DNA from: Chiloscyllium plagiosum
Taxonomy: Eukaryota
Direction of reading: 5' to 3'
DNA length: 64,000 bases
Assembly (NCBI RefSeq): GCF_004010195.1
Contig: NC_057718.1
Location: 52,700,498 to 52,764,497, forward strand
Made by a program: the position numbers and the translations under genes. Each line of letters opens with the position of its first letter. Within the stretch, counting starts at the first letter, position 1. Of the stretch, positions 13,646 to 27,129 are shown piece by piece. The notes under the pieces were generated by a model that saw only the letters and a list, made by a program, of their open reading frames with translations, did no database searches and had not been told where the DNA came from.

Positions 13646-14172
13646 ATGACAAAGCCGATGTATTCCCAACAAAGAATTGCAAACTTAATCTGAGAAGAAT
13701 TAGTATGAAAGTATATAGGGAAAAACTGTTTCCGCTAACAGGTTGATTGGTACCCAGAGAGCATACATCAAACAGATTTTGGCAGAAGAACCAACAGATT
13801 TAATGTTGTTATGTTCTAGAATGTACAGCCTGAAATGGTGGTGGAAACAGGTTCAACAGTTGCTTTCAGGAGAAAGAGTTAGATGAATACATTAAAAAAA
13901 AAATAAAAATCAAATTTGGGATTACAAGTTCAGAAACATTCCACCTTCAAGATTTAAAATTCCTTTTGATTCCTTGGGAAGAAATGAATGGCAGAGTCCA
14001 GTACTTATGATACCTTTGTTTAATATGATAGTTTTCAAACCTCTGTGTCCACATACACAGCCACTTAGGCATATGTACAGGAAGCATTTGAGTAAATGAA
14101 GATTCTGTCAGTTACATTCTCTAATCAGTGGCAAAATACATAACGAGCATGCTTAGGATCAATCCATTCAAC

Positions 14173-14216
14173 CGTGGGCGGCACGGTGGCACAGTGGTTA
14201 GCACTGTTGCCTCGCA
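14173..14216 (+). mobile_element. Tailless 44-bp HE1 SINE head between perfect 25-bp direct repeats
   Basis: gtgggcggcacggtggcacagtggttagcactgttgcctc between two copies of catgcttaggatcaatccattcaac (14148-14172, 14217-14241). Confidence 0.85.
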
Positions 14217-15465
14217 CATGCTTAGGATCAATCCATTCAACAAGCTATTCTGTATCCACAGAATTTAGTTATAATCATGTCAGACATTGAATCAGCAGGC
14301 GAGAGGACTGATATTTTTGCAGTTAAGTAGAAGGTGTAAACAATTCTACCCACTGCTGCAGAAACCTACAAATTCATGTATGCCCTTATGTCTCTTTTAC
14401 CCCCAAAAGGGAATACAGACTCTTCAATAGTTACCAAGTATATTGGTTTATGACTAAAAGTAATAATACATCTCTACTGATGCTTTTAAAGAAATGCACA
14501 ATTTGGCAATGACCAGCTCTAAGGAAATAGACACGTCCATCCATTAACTCAACAGGCAACACTTGAGATTTGAGAGATTTTCAACTTCTGCTAACTTATA
14601 AAGTAAAAATATCCATATTCAAATATCACCTAAAAATTTCACTCTTATGACACTCATACACTGAAGAAACTCTTTCATGAGTGCAAAATTCAGTCAAGCA
14701 GTGAGTGTTGGCAATTTCATTGGACTTCTTTATTCACTCCGAAGGAGTTGGAAGGGAAGAAGGAACAGAGCAAGAACTTCTCCAATGGCAAGATCTTAGA
14801 AATTGGGGCACCGCACAAACATTTCGGTCATCATTAGTCACTAAAATAATTGCATTCACCAACCCATTTAGTCACTTGCAGTACAAATTCCACTAGATTC
14901 CTTATGTGGAATGTAATTCATAAGGATGCCAAGTTGGTAGAAGTGATGAACGCTCCTGCGTACAGGTGGCTGAAGTGGAGAAGGCTGATCCTGTGCAGAA
15001 ACAAAGGAAATATCAGACACTGAATTAAGTGTATTTAAAAAATGATCTTGCAGAACGACATGAGAAAAAAAGTGCTCTGCTAGTACATCTCATTTAAAAA
15101 TACTTCTCACAAGAAGTGCACGAGACAGAAGGGTTAGTGAGAAAATTTAATGTTTTCATTTGCCTCAATCAGTGAAGATTGCTTAACAGTTCAAGGCAAC
15201 TTGGACTGTGACAGCTGCAGAAATATCATCTTTCACAATATTGACCATTACTCTTAATGGTTGTGATTCGGAGATGCCGGTGTGGGACTGAGGTGTACAA
15301 AGTTAAAGATCACACAACACCAGGTTATAGTCCAACAGGTTTAATTGGAAGCGTTGGCTTTCGGACGTCGCTCCTTTATCAGGTGGTTGTGGAGAACACA
15401 ATTGTAAGACACAGAATTTATAGCAAAAGTTTACAGTGTGATGTAACTGAAATTATATGTTGAAA

Positions 15466-16620
15466 AATTGTCTTCATCCAGACGCAAGGAACAGCCATGG
15501 CACCCCAATATGCCAACATTTTCATGCACAGGTTTGAACAAGACTTCTTCTCTATGCAAGACCTCCAACCAACATCATACATCAGGTACATTGACAACAT
15601 TTTCTTCCTCTGGACCCATAGCGAGGAGTCACTGATAAGACCACACAGTGATATCAACAAGTTTCATCCTACCATCAAACTCACCATGGACTATTCTCGA
15701 CTATCTGTCTCATTCTTGGACACATGCATCTCCATCAAGGATGGACACCTCAGCATCACACTCTACCACAAACCCACAGATAACCCCACAATGCTACAGT
15801 TCTCTAGCTTCCATCCAAAACGTATTAAAACAGCCATCCCTATGGACAAGCTCTACGCGTACACCGGATCTGTTCAGATGAGGAAGAACGCGATGGGCAC
15901 CTGGAAGTACTCAGGGATACCCTCATAAGAACAGGGCATGATGCTCAACTCATTGACCAGTTCCGACATGCCACAGCAAGCAACCGTAATGACCTCCTCA
16001 GGAGATAGACATGTGCTGCAACCGCCAGGGTACCCTTCGTTGTCCATACTTCCCAGGAGCTGAAAACTGCACCATGTTCTTCATGACCTGCAACACATTA
16101 TCAATGAGGAAGAGCACCTCTCCAAGACCTTCCCCACACCTCCACTGCTCGCCTTTAACCAACCGCTAAACCTCGAACAGATCATTATTTGTAGCAATAG
16201 TCTGTCACGGTAGACACTGCAAGACGTGTCAGAGTGTGGACATGGATACCACCATTACACATGGGGACACCTTCCACCATGTATGTGGCAAGTAGTCATG
16301 TGACTTAGCCAACGTTGTCTATCTTATGCGTTGCAGGCAAGGATGCCCTGAGGCATGGTACATTGGTGAAACCGAGCAAAGGCTACAACAACGGATGAAT
16401 GGGCACTGCACAAAAATCATCTGACAGGGGTGTTCCGTCCCAGTTGGGGAACACTTCAGCAGTCCAGGACATTCAACCTCAGACTTTCGGGTGACCATCC
16501 TCCAAGGCGGACTTCAGGACAGGCAGCAGCGAAAAGTGGCTGAGCAGAGGCTGATAGCTAAGTTCTGTTCCAATAGGGAGGGCCTCAACCGGGACCTTGG
16601 GTTCATGTCACTCTACAGGT
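15466..16620 (+). pseudogene. PLE reverse transcriptase / GIY-YIG endonuclease pseudo-ORF
   Basis: ORF 15497-15928 has Penelope RT motifs with YIDD changed to YIDN; frameshifts and stops downstream; GIY-YIG at ~16300-16410. Confidence 0.88.
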
Positions 16621-16633
16621 GACCCCATTGCAC

Positions 16634-17050
16634 TATACACACACACAGACACTCCTACACAAACACGCCCACACACACACACAGGCACTCCTATGCACAC
16701 ATGTACACACAGACACACGGATACACAGACATGCACACAGACACTCACACACACAGTCCCACACTCACACATGCATCGTCTCACAGACTTAGACTACTTT
16801 ACACTCACACACACATATACACTCTCTTTCACAGACACTCACAACCCCCCACCCCAGATACACATACACATTCACACACACTCCTATAGACACACACACT
16901 CTCGCACTCACACATGCACACTCTCACAGCCTTAGACATTCTACACTCACATACAAACACATATACACTCTCTCTCACACTCACAACCCCCCACCCCAGA
17001 CAGGAAGACAGACACACACACAAACCCACATGCACACATATACATATATG
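16634..17050 (+). repeat. Degenerate (CA)n-rich simple repeat inside the PLE 3-prime UTR
   Basis: Runs of acacacac/actcacac. Confidence 0.9.
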
Positions 17051-17420
17051 TTTGTGGAGTGAATTTGTACTTGCAGAGTTACATTTACTTTACTCAAAAA
17101 CTGCATGAATCCATGTAAGATTCTGTTAACTCACTTTTTAGATTAGAATCAGTCTAAATATTATGGCACAGACAGGGAGCACAGAGTCTAACACCTTCAA
17201 CATATTATCTGGCTGACACCAACTGTTACAGTTAATCTGAAAATGTAACTTTTAAAAAAAAGTTTTGTGATTTACATATGAAAGAAGAGAAACTGTCATG
17301 GTATTCTAACAGATGAAAGACTCAACAAACAATCAAGGTATTTTTCAATGTATAATTTCAGTTACATCACACTGTAAACTTTTGCTATAATTTCTGTCTC
17401 ATAATTGTGTACTCAACAAC

Positions 17421-17455
17421 CACCTGATGAAGGAGCGTCGCTCCGAAAGCTAGTG
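17421..17455 (+). ncRNA. Minimal type I hammerhead ribozyme motif (PLE family B), intact
   Basis: CAC-CTGATGA-A-GGAGC(GTC)GCTCC-GAAAG-CTA-GTG: helix I CAC/GTG, 5-bp helix II, palindromic AGCT, CUA triplet. Confidence 0.8.
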
Positions 17456-17742
17456 TTTCCAATTAAACCTGTTGGACTATAACCTGGTGTTGTGTGATTT
17501 TTAACCTTATTGGTTGGTTATGGCTGGGGGAGTTGAACTCTAGAGTAATGGAAAGGAGGCAGCATTATATGCTGGATACAGAGATCTCAAGAACTCTATC
17601 TGAGGACATGCAGGATATTCAGCAATTCTCCCCCAAAGATTAAGTTGTTTTATATAATTTGGTACTGTCTGATTTCTTGGCACCAGTGGCAACTAACATC
17701 ATGATTCAATGCGGAATAACAGAACAGGAGGTAATTTCAAGG

Positions 17743-18023
17743 TGTGCGGCATAGTGGTGTGAGAGTTAACACTGCTACCTCACACTGCTAGGGACCCAGT
17801 TTCAATTCCACCCTCAGGTGACTGTCTTTGTGGAGTTTGCGCATTTCCTGTGAGGGTTTCCTCTACAGTCTAAAGATGTGCAGACTATGTGGATTATCCC
17901 TATGGGAAATGCAGTGTTACAGGGATAGGGTAGGAACGTGGGTCTAGGTTAGTTTCTTTTTGAAGGATTCGTGTAGACTCGATGGGCTGAATCACCTGCT
18001 TCCATACTATAGGAATGCTATGA
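17743..18023 (+). mobile_element. HE1-type SINE, older copy
   Basis: Head, V-domain and tail recognisable. Confidence 0.8.
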
Positions 18024-18294
18024 TAATGCTGAGTTAAATTCCACCTGCCACTCCTCAGCCAATTCGACCATCTGACCTAGACGTCGTTGGCTTTGGTTAG
18101 GACAATATCACCAAAACATTCTTTGCTTGATTCTCTTAGTTGCCTTTGTTGGTGAGAGGAATTCAGCTGACCAAGAAGAAAAATATCTGCCCTTCTTGGA
18201 ATTATTTCCTTGAAATAAGCACCATAATAAAGAGTAAACCATTCTTTTATCATATCGTAACCCCTCAGATGACACAAGTTTTATCAAAGGAAAA

Positions 18295-19950
18295 CGACAG
18301 TCACAGGTGAGGTGCCAGAAGATTGGAGGTTGGCTAATATAGTGCCATTATTTAAGAAAGGCTGTAAGCAAAAGCAAAGAAACTATAGACTGGTGAGCCT
18401 CACGTCAGTGGTGGGTACATTTTTGGAGAGGATTCTGTGGGATAGGATTTCCATGTGTTTGGAAAGGCAAGGACTGATTAGGGATAGTCAACATGGTTTA
18501 GTGCATGGAAGATCATGTCTCACTAACATGATTGAGCTTTTTTGAAGAGATGGAGAATCGACGTTTCGGGCATAAGCCCTTCTTCAGGAACAAAACGTCG
18601 ATTCTCCTGCTCCTTGGATGCTGCCTGACCTGCTGCACTTTTCCAGCAACACATTTTCAGCTCTGATCTCCAGCATCTGCAGTCTTCACTTTCTCCTTTT
18701 TTGAAGAGATGACAGGTTTGATGAAGGCAGAACGCAGACATTGCCTGTATGGTCTTCAGCAAAACATTTGATAAGGCTCCGCATTGTAGACTGATTAATA
18801 AAGTTAAATCACATGGGATCCATGGTGAGCTAGCTAACTGGATACAAAATTGGCTTGAAGGTAGGAGACAGAGAGTGATGTTAGAGGATTACTTTTCAGA
18901 CTGGAGCCCTGTGACTCCATGAGGTGCCACAAGGATAGTGCTGTATCTACTGCTTTTCACCACTTGTACAAATGATTTGGATGTGAATACAGAAGATATG
19001 GTTAGTCAGTTTGCACTTGACACCAAAATAGGTGGAGCAGTGGACAGTGAAGAAAATTATCTTGGAGTACAATGGCGCCTTGGTCAGATGGCCGAATGGG
19101 CTGAGGAGTGGCAGGTGGAATTTAACTCAGATAAATATGAGGTATTATATTTTGGAAAGGAAAATCAAGGCAGAACGTATACACTTAATGATACTGTCCT
19201 GTGAAGTATTGCTTAACAAAGTGACCTAGGGATGCAGGTACAGTGTTACTTGAAGGTGGGGTCACAAGGATAGAGTGGTGACGATAGTGTTTAGCAAGCT
19301 TGCTTTCATTGGTCAGAACACCATCATGATTCATCATCATGAGTATGGGAATTGGGATGTTATGTTGTGGCAGTATGAGACATTGGTCAGGCCATTTTTA
19401 GAATACTACCTATAGTTCTGGTTGCCCTTCTATAGGAACGATGTTGTTAAACTTGAGAGGGTTTAGAAAAGATTGACAAGGATGTTGCTGGGACTGAGGG
19501 GGTTTGTACTATAGGGAAAGGCTGAATAGGCCAGGGCATGTTTCTTTGGAGTGGAGGCTGAGGGGTGACCTTATGGAGATTTATAAAATCATGAAGGCGA
19601 TAGATCGGTGTATAGCCAATGTCTTTTTTCCCTAGAGTGGTAGAATTCAAAGCTAGAGGGCATAGTAAACCTTAATAGCTGAGAGGGGAAAGATTTAAAA
19701 ATTACCTGAGGAGTAACCTTTTCATGCACAGGGTGGTGTGTGTATGGAGCAAGCTGCCAGAGGAAGTGATGGAAACTGGTCCAATTGCAACATTCACAAG
19801 GCATCTGGATGGGTTTGTGAATAGGAAGGGTTCAGAGAGATATGGACCAAAAGCTGGCAATTGGGACTAGTTCAGATTGGGATGGATTGTCGGCATGGGT
19901 GAGTTGAACTGAAAGATCTGGTTCCATGCTGTATAATTCTATGACTCTGT
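18295..19950 (+). mobile_element. HER1/CR1 LINE ORF2 RT and 3-prime UTR
   Basis: PEDWRLANIVPLFKKG..NYRLVSLTSVVG..DSQHG..GRSCLTN; SQFALDTKIGG; tail ..ctgtataattctatgactct resembles the SINE tail. Confidence 0.92.
18553..18696. mobile_element. PLE family A inverted mini-insertion in CR1, with hammerhead on the minus strand (18556-18591)
   Basis: Minus strand TTC-CTGAAGA-A-GGGC(TTAT)GCCC-GAAACGTC-GATT; flanked by duplicated tttttgaagagatg. Confidence 0.85.
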
Positions 19951-20819
19951 AAACTTCATGGAGTCACAAGTATTCTGCATTCTGCTGAAGCTAATTGAGT
20001 TATTATAGTAAAAAGTATTGTTATCATATTCATGATTTTTTTGTTGAAAATTTAATATTCTAGAAGAATACAAAAGCTGTTTGTGGAATTTGACCCCTCA
20101 AAGGCATTTAAGCTTTCACTGATGGACATGCTATTCTGAAGGATTGTACATTTAAATTATGTAGAGCAGTCTAGTTTATAAAACTGTTGTATAGCTATAA
20201 TCTGATCAGTCAACACTGAAAGTCTTTCTCAAATAAGAACAAAGAATGCTGGAAACACCCAATAGGTCAGGTAACAAAGAAACAGAGTTAACATTTCAAG
20301 TTCAGATGATCTATCAGAAAGTGTTTGATGAAATTGTCTCCATTCTTTCTCAGCAGCTCTTTGAGACCTTGCTGTGTGCTCTTCATCTTTGTTTTCTTCA
20401 GTCTTTGAGGAGTCAACTTTCCATTCAGTCTGCTTTCCAGGAATTTCAATTTTGAAACACTTTTGCAGAGAAAAAGTCATGGAGGACACAACAGGCTATG
20501 TTCATTCATTGGACTTGAGAAGGCACTTGGATTTTCCATTCATTTTGCCAATGGAAAATTTAAAATTTAAAATTGGCAGTGATCCTTATTGCACATCCAA
20601 CCAAAATATTGTCGTCTTTTCAATATTGTCAGATGCCAACTTTTTTTGAACACTTCTTATTTCAAAGAGCTAGTCTGCTGACTGGTTCAGGGCTGACATT
20701 ACTGTGATGGAACCTATTATTGAATCCTAATGGTGTGCTCATTGATTACAAGAGTGATTCAAATGAGACAAAAACAAAATGATGAATGAGTAAAACCGAC
20801 TTAGAGTAATGTTTAATAG

Positions 20820-22150
20820 AGATGAAATCAACAGGGTAAGTCAGGGTGACTGTTCTTGATGTCAAGGTCGTATTTGACAAAGTATAGTATCAAAGAACCC
20901 CAGCAAAAAACTAGATGGAATGAGATTTGGGGGAAATATTTTCACTAATTGGAGACCTAGTGAGCAAAAAGAAAGATGGTCCTTTGTGGTTCTTCGACAT
21001 CAATCCTCTTAGCCACATGACATCACTGTAGACATTACTCAGGGTAGTGTTGTGGACCCAACTGTCCCCTACTTCTTTATTGGGGCATTCCTACCACCAT
21101 ATAAGGAGAAAAGCGAGCATGTTTGCTAATGACTGCATAAACGTTTAGCAACAATCATGACTCTGATACTGAAGCAGTCTGTGTTGAAATGCAGCAAGAC
21201 CTGAACAACATTCATTCTTCCGTTGATAACGTGGTACGTAACATTTGCATTATACAAGTGTCAGTTAATGACCATCTCCTACCAGAGAGCCTAACCATTG
21301 CCACTTAACATTCATTGGCAAAACCATCACAGAATCCTCCACTATCAATAATATCTCCCAGAAACGGAACTGGACCAGCCATATAAATACAGCTCAGAGG
21401 CTGGGAAATCTGCAGTAACCAACTCACCTCCTCACTACTCGAAGTCTGTCCACCATCTGCAAAGGAGCGATCAATGTGGTGGTATCTTCTTCACTTCCCT
21501 GAATGAGTGTGGCTCCAACACAGGCAGTCCAACATCATGCAAGACAAAATAGTCCACTTGATTAGCTCCCACCCAAACACTCTCTCCACTACTAATGCTG
21601 ACTGCCAGCTTTATGCCATCTACAAGCTGCAGTGAAACTCATGCTGGAATCTTTGACAGCACATTGCTCAACTCTACCAGCTAAAAATGACCAGGATACC
21701 AAATGTATAACAATATTCCCACTTGCAAGCTTGCCCCGCCACACCACCACCCCCAGCCCTCCATCCAAACCACACATCATCCTGACTTGGCACACTCTCA
21801 ACAGTTTTTGGTTAGTGGTGCTGGAAGAGCACAGCAGTACAGTTTTGCAACATCCAAGGAGCAGCAAAATAGATGTTTCGGGCAAAAGCCCTTCATCAGG
21901 AATAACAACAGTACTTCACTATTGTTGAGAGTCAAAATCCTGGAATTGCAATCTTGAGTTTATTTACCAACTATGGATTGAGAGTTGTCCCACAGAATAA
22001 TCAAGCAACAGCTGATGTTGTCATACTCAAGGAAACATACAGTGTCCCAGAGACCACCATACCCTCCCTAGGTTATGTCTTATCAGAGGTGAAGGAATAA
22101 TGGTCTATATTCAAGAGGAGATGTCCTGGGGGAGCTTCAATATTGACTCA
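20820..22150 (+). mobile_element. CR1/L2-group LINE RT and 3-prime fragments
   Basis: LDVKVVFDKV, MFANDC remnants; same family as 6320-8990. Confidence 0.7.
21806..21905 (-). mobile_element. PLE family A terminal fragment with decayed hammerhead (21868-21903)
   Basis: Reverse complement attcctgatgaagggcttttgcccgaaacatct..; caacagt duplicated on both sides. Confidence 0.8.
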
Positions 22151-22639
22151 GGACCTTGTCATCTGATCTGCTTTCATGAGCTGCTGTGTGATCATGGGGT
22201 TTAACCTTCAGCAGTGTATTCAAACTTGATAGGGTTATATTAGCGCCCACAACATAAGAACTAGTTTTTAAGAGCATGATACTGAGATATTCAATAAACA
22301 TTTATGACAGCTCCTGGTATCAGCATATAATTACAATTACAGGCATTTCAGTATCTGGGCTCATTAGAAGCAGTAAAATGGTTACACTGTATAACATTTC
22401 TCTCAGCATGTTATGCTGTAAGTGGTCACAATAAAATTGAAAATTGAAATCTTTCTAACTCTGGCCACATGCAATGGTGGTGCTATCATGAGTATGTTTC
22501 TGAAGGGTATATTGAATACTTACTCAGATGCAACACAATACCCCCGTATCTCCAAAGAAAGAGGTACATGTTTTCCATTTAACTATACAACAGGTAAAGC
22601 AATGTTAACAAGATCAGCAACTCAAACTTCAGTATAAAT

Positions 22640-24950
22640 ATTTGAGGTTTGACACTTCATCCTGAACTGGTGACAGTATACCCATCCGATGTCTTGCATG
22701 TTTTTTTCAGCTACTGTTGGTTGAGATTCAATCTCTCACTGCTGGTCGCTATCAAATGTATAATTGTGGTAGTTCTCTCCCTTCTTGCTGGTTATGCAAT
22801 TCTCAATCCCCTCTCATTGAAAAAGAAGGTCTTCTTTCTCAGAGCACTTCCACAACTGGCTGTTCAGCCAGGTTGTTTGCACTTGCCATCTGAGCAGAAG
22901 GTAAGATGTGGCTGGTTCTCTCTTCTCCACTGTTGTTGCAACAATCTTGAGTTACCATATAACACAACCTTCAAAATCGTAAAAACATGTTAAAATTGGT
23001 CTGAATGCAGTTATTTGAGTTTGTTGATTTACTTACTTGGTTTACAGAGTGGATGTTTTCTGCATCTCATTAATAGTTGCAAAACCAAAATCTGGACATT
23101 CTGATGTTCTTACTACTGCTGGACATTTGGTCTCCACCAGATTGAAGGCTTTAGGAAATTAATCTAAGCTTGCATATTGGCACTAGAGTGTGATGATACC
23201 ACTGCATGGAATTGGGGAACTCTTATACTGCAGGATAGTCTCCTGTCAGCTGTATCTGGGAGCACCACTCATGGGGACACATGTGTTTTAGGATGCAGAC
23301 TGGTGATATGTTGACCCTAGCTCTTGTTTTGATTTTAATTTTCAGCATGTGTGGCAGCTGACTTTTGGGGACATATTACCATTTAGCCTATGAAAGCTTC
23401 TGATCGCCTTAAGTCAATTGACATGGTCAGTGAGGTTGACAATACGAAAAGCTTGGGCACTTTCTGAAGCGTGCCTTTTGCATTTTTAGCTGTGTGCTTC
23501 ATTGCTAAATTTATGACTGTGCTCACTTTCAGTTCTGCCTGCTGCCAGTGAGTTGGCAATGGTCAGCTAATGTCTTATTCTGCAGTCTAGCTTGGCTGGT
23601 CAAGCCAGATTTTCAACACATTCCTGCCAAATGTCTTTGATGTGCAAAAAAAGCGCCAGACAAACTTTTTGACAGGTCTTATTTTGATGCACTTTGCTCA
23701 CTATAGCAATTGTATTTATGCAACTAAAGGATGCAATGGGTTTGACCTGCCAAATGGATTTCATTCTGACATCTGTCTTCAAGCAAGACTGCAATGGCAT
23801 GACACTTATTGCCAAAATCGTCTTCCCTATAGACTTTGATCAGTGTAGTGGCAATTACTAATGCCATTAGCCTCTCGGTGTTTTGCTGTGATATCTTGTG
23901 ACAAACATATGAATAGGCTCTTTTGACTTCTGGCTGGATGACATGAGAAGTTGTTAATGAAGTTGATTGGTATTTTGCACTGGTCTTCAAGTACATACCA
24001 GATATTCTCTGGATGTTTGTCTTATCCTGGAAAAGACCAGATAGATAATTCTGCGAAGGCCCTCTTTGCTGAGAGTAAGTTATTTTCATCTCATCACGAC
24101 CAATCTACCTGCCACAGATACACTTGTTTATGCTTGTATAGCTGCAATACAGTGAAGATATAATTTGCTGCTCAATCTATGCTTAATTGTTTGCCTTTCA
24201 TTTCTTGAAGATCTGGCGATTAATTTGTTAATTGAAGTAGAGTGGAGAACTTATTTGTTCTTTTCTTTTATGGGCTTTCTGTTCTGTTCTTATTTACATA
24301 TTTTGCTCCTATGTTACTTCATTTTTATCAGTTACTGCTTCTTCTGGGAACTTTGGGATTGTGCCTTTTAAAAAATGCAGGCCTGTAGTTCACAGATTTC
24401 AGCCATTAGATGACACTCCTATCAGATAAGGAATGATGATATCACACAGGTTTCCATCAGCTTTTGTGCCAAATGGAGAGAAAGGAAATAGTGAAACCAA
24501 TCAACCTCTCCACAAAGTGAAGCTTCTTTAGTTTAGAAGGTCATTACTTGGTGCTTAAAAAAGCCTGATTTTTCAAACTGGGGGGATTTGTTTTTAACCA
24601 AAAGTAGCCTTCAGCTGCCCTTTTTATATCTACGTTTGTAGCAGCTATGACATTGGGAAGAAGAGACTGTTTCTGGCCAGGTGTGACTTACATTTTAAAT
24701 AGAAAGAAGGCAACTCTGCTTCCTGACTTTTAATTCACAAGTCAGTACTTACTTAAAATAGTACCATTAGCCTTTCAAACGTTTTGAAGTCCAGGACTAT
24801 CTTCAGTGAGGGTTTCAAACATTTGCTATCAAGAACTTGGATTCTTTTATATGCAAGGTCCACTGCTAACCAAAGTGCTGTCACCTTGTTTTGATCTTGC
24901 CTCATAATCTGCCATCAATGTTGTAATGGGATTTACCTCCAGCACATTAT
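22640..24950 (-). mobile_element. Possible highly decayed Gypsy-type LTR retrotransposon pol (integrase region)
   Basis: Weak remnants in expected order on minus: RAFAELSIWSFPG (like RARxSVWWPG) ~24050, then PTHWQQAE (like HWPQAN) ~23550; no LTRs located. Confidence 0.3.
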
Positions 24951-27129
24951 TCATACTTGATGAGCTGACAGCTATGATAACAGAAAATCTGGACATGAGT
25001 AATGTGACATGACAAATGAAACGTTTAGATGTTTATGAGAGCTTCTGGTATTGACATATTACAATCACATGCACATATGTGCTGGGCTAATGCACAATTT
25101 AGGTCCAAACTGTCACATTTCTCTTAGTATATCATGCAGCAGGTGGCTTCAGTAAGATGGATACTGAGACCTTTAGTTCAGATATGGTGATAATCTCACT
25201 TGTTTCTCCCAAAGGCATATTGCAGACCTACTTTGAAAAATACAAAACCATGAACTCGCATGGCATTCAAAGAATGTTTTAAAAAATTAGTACCCCTTTG
25301 TGGAGCACTCAGAAGAAGCATTTAAGTTGGTAAAGACACAATATACTCACTGGAATATGTCAATATTCATAAGACTGACTCAGTAGCACTGCTACTGACC
25401 GAGTTGATTCGGACTGAAAAGACTTAAGGTTGCTCACCAGGGTCTGCAGCAATAGTAAAGGGGTTCATCAAGAGGCAAAAAAAAGTTATTTTCATGCCAT
25501 CACCACCAACCCACTTGTCACAGATGCACTTGTCCAAGATGACATCAGTAGGAGTGACCACTGTGGAAACACTGTCCCATCTTCACATTGAGGATACCTT
25601 ATTGTTGGGCACAATCAAAGTGCTAAATGGGACAGACCTAGCAACTCAAAATGAAAAAAAAAGGAGGCCATCTGCAGAATTATATTCAACCACAACTTGT
25701 AGCCTAGTGGCTCAGCAACTGCCCCACTTTTACCACTTCCATCAAGCTGAGAGGTTAAAGCAAGGTGGATGAAGACATGCTAGTAACAGCACCACGCTTA
25801 CTTAAAAATGAGGTGTCAACCTAGTGAAGGTAGACCAAGGGACTATTTACATACCCAACAACAAGCATAGCTGATGGATTAAGTCTAAGTTCTGGAACCT
25901 CATTAATGATGATGGATATTCAGAACAACTAACAGGAGGAGTCCTCCTTGATGATAGGGAAAACCAGCATTGCAAAAGCCAAGGCTGAAGGACATGCATG
26001 AATCTGCAGTGAGAAGTGCTGACTGAATAATCAGTCTTAGTCTTGCACTAAGATTTCAGCATCTCAAGTGCTAACCTTCAATCAATTCAATTCTTTCCAC
26101 ATCTTCCTTGATGCAGCTATTGATTAGAAACTGAACCTGTTATACAAATTCTGTGGTTAGGAATCATATGGGGAAGTAACTCACATTGTAATCCCAGTGT
26201 CCATTCACCTACATTGCACAAGTCAAGCGAGTCTTGAAAAACTGTCCTCTTTCCTGTCTGAGTGCAGTTCCAACATTCAAGAAGCTTGACACCATCTCGG
26301 GCAAAACAGCTGACTTTATTGGCACCTAATGTACAACTGTCAGCATTCACTCCAGAATCAGCTGTCACAATTTAAGGAGGCAGGATAGGCCATTTTGGAC
26401 TGAGATGAGGGTGAATTTCTTCACCCAGAGAATAGTGGTGAGCCAGTGGAATTCTCTGCAACAAGGCAGTTGAGGCCAAAATAATGATTGTTTTCATGAA
26501 GGAGTTGGAAATAGTTCTCAGAGCGAAAAGGATCAAAGCAAATGGAGCAAAACAGAAACATGGAATGGAATTGGATGATCAACTAAGATCACTTGAGTGG
26601 TGGAGCAGTCTTGAATGGCCAAATAGCCTACTCCTGCTCCTAGGTTCATGTTTCTACCTTTTTAATGAATTCGAATAAAATCATTTGGGATTGGATGCAA
26701 ATGTGACAACATTTATGTGGGAGTTCAGCTCCACTCATTTCATGAACAGTAATTTGAAAAAAAGTAACGTACAGAAAAAAAAAATTCTTTTTGCCAAAAT
26801 ATTGATATAGCTGCCTTCAGTCATCCTTGAGTTACTGCCCACTAAATAAATACCCCAGTTGGAATCCTACTATGCATGTGCATTTCTGGATGAAGACGAG
26901 AAGGAGCAAAGAATATTCAGGTAACATTAAAAAGGGAATGGTCCCCGCTTGAGAGCATCCTCCTTCAACAAAATAAACAAAGATCACATGAAGATCTTGG
27001 TGAGGAACTGTATGATAGCAGTGATGATATTTATAATGTGCTAATGGTTGAAAAAGAGTTTGTGACATCAAAATCTTGTAAGGTGCAATGTAAGTAAGTT
27101 ATATTAATTTTATATTAAAAGAATGTGCT

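Larger units (their letters stand above)
15264..17505 (+). mobile_element. Penelope-like element family B: inverted terminal copy (15264-~15465), 5-prime-truncated RT plus GIY-YIG, CA-rich UTR, terminus
   Basis: GTAMAPQYANIFM..YIRYIDNIFFLW..HPTIKLT..VSFLD..YHKPTD; NVVYLMRCRQGCPEAWYIGETEQRLQQRMNGH; termini are reverse complements; probable TSD ctta(a/t)tggttg at 15253-15263 and 17506-17516. Confidence 0.92.

Noticed and set aside
14148..14241. CRISPR-like repeat-spacer-repeat
   Set aside because: Only two repeats, the spacer is a SINE head, eukaryotic context
16597..17108. His/Thr-rich and Cys/Val-rich ORFs
   Set aside because: Translations of the CA-rich simple repeat
26859..26920. Plus-strand exon-like LESYYACAFLDEDEKEQRIFR followed by GTAAC
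   Set aside because: Poor polypyrimidine tract, no partner exons, protein not recognised
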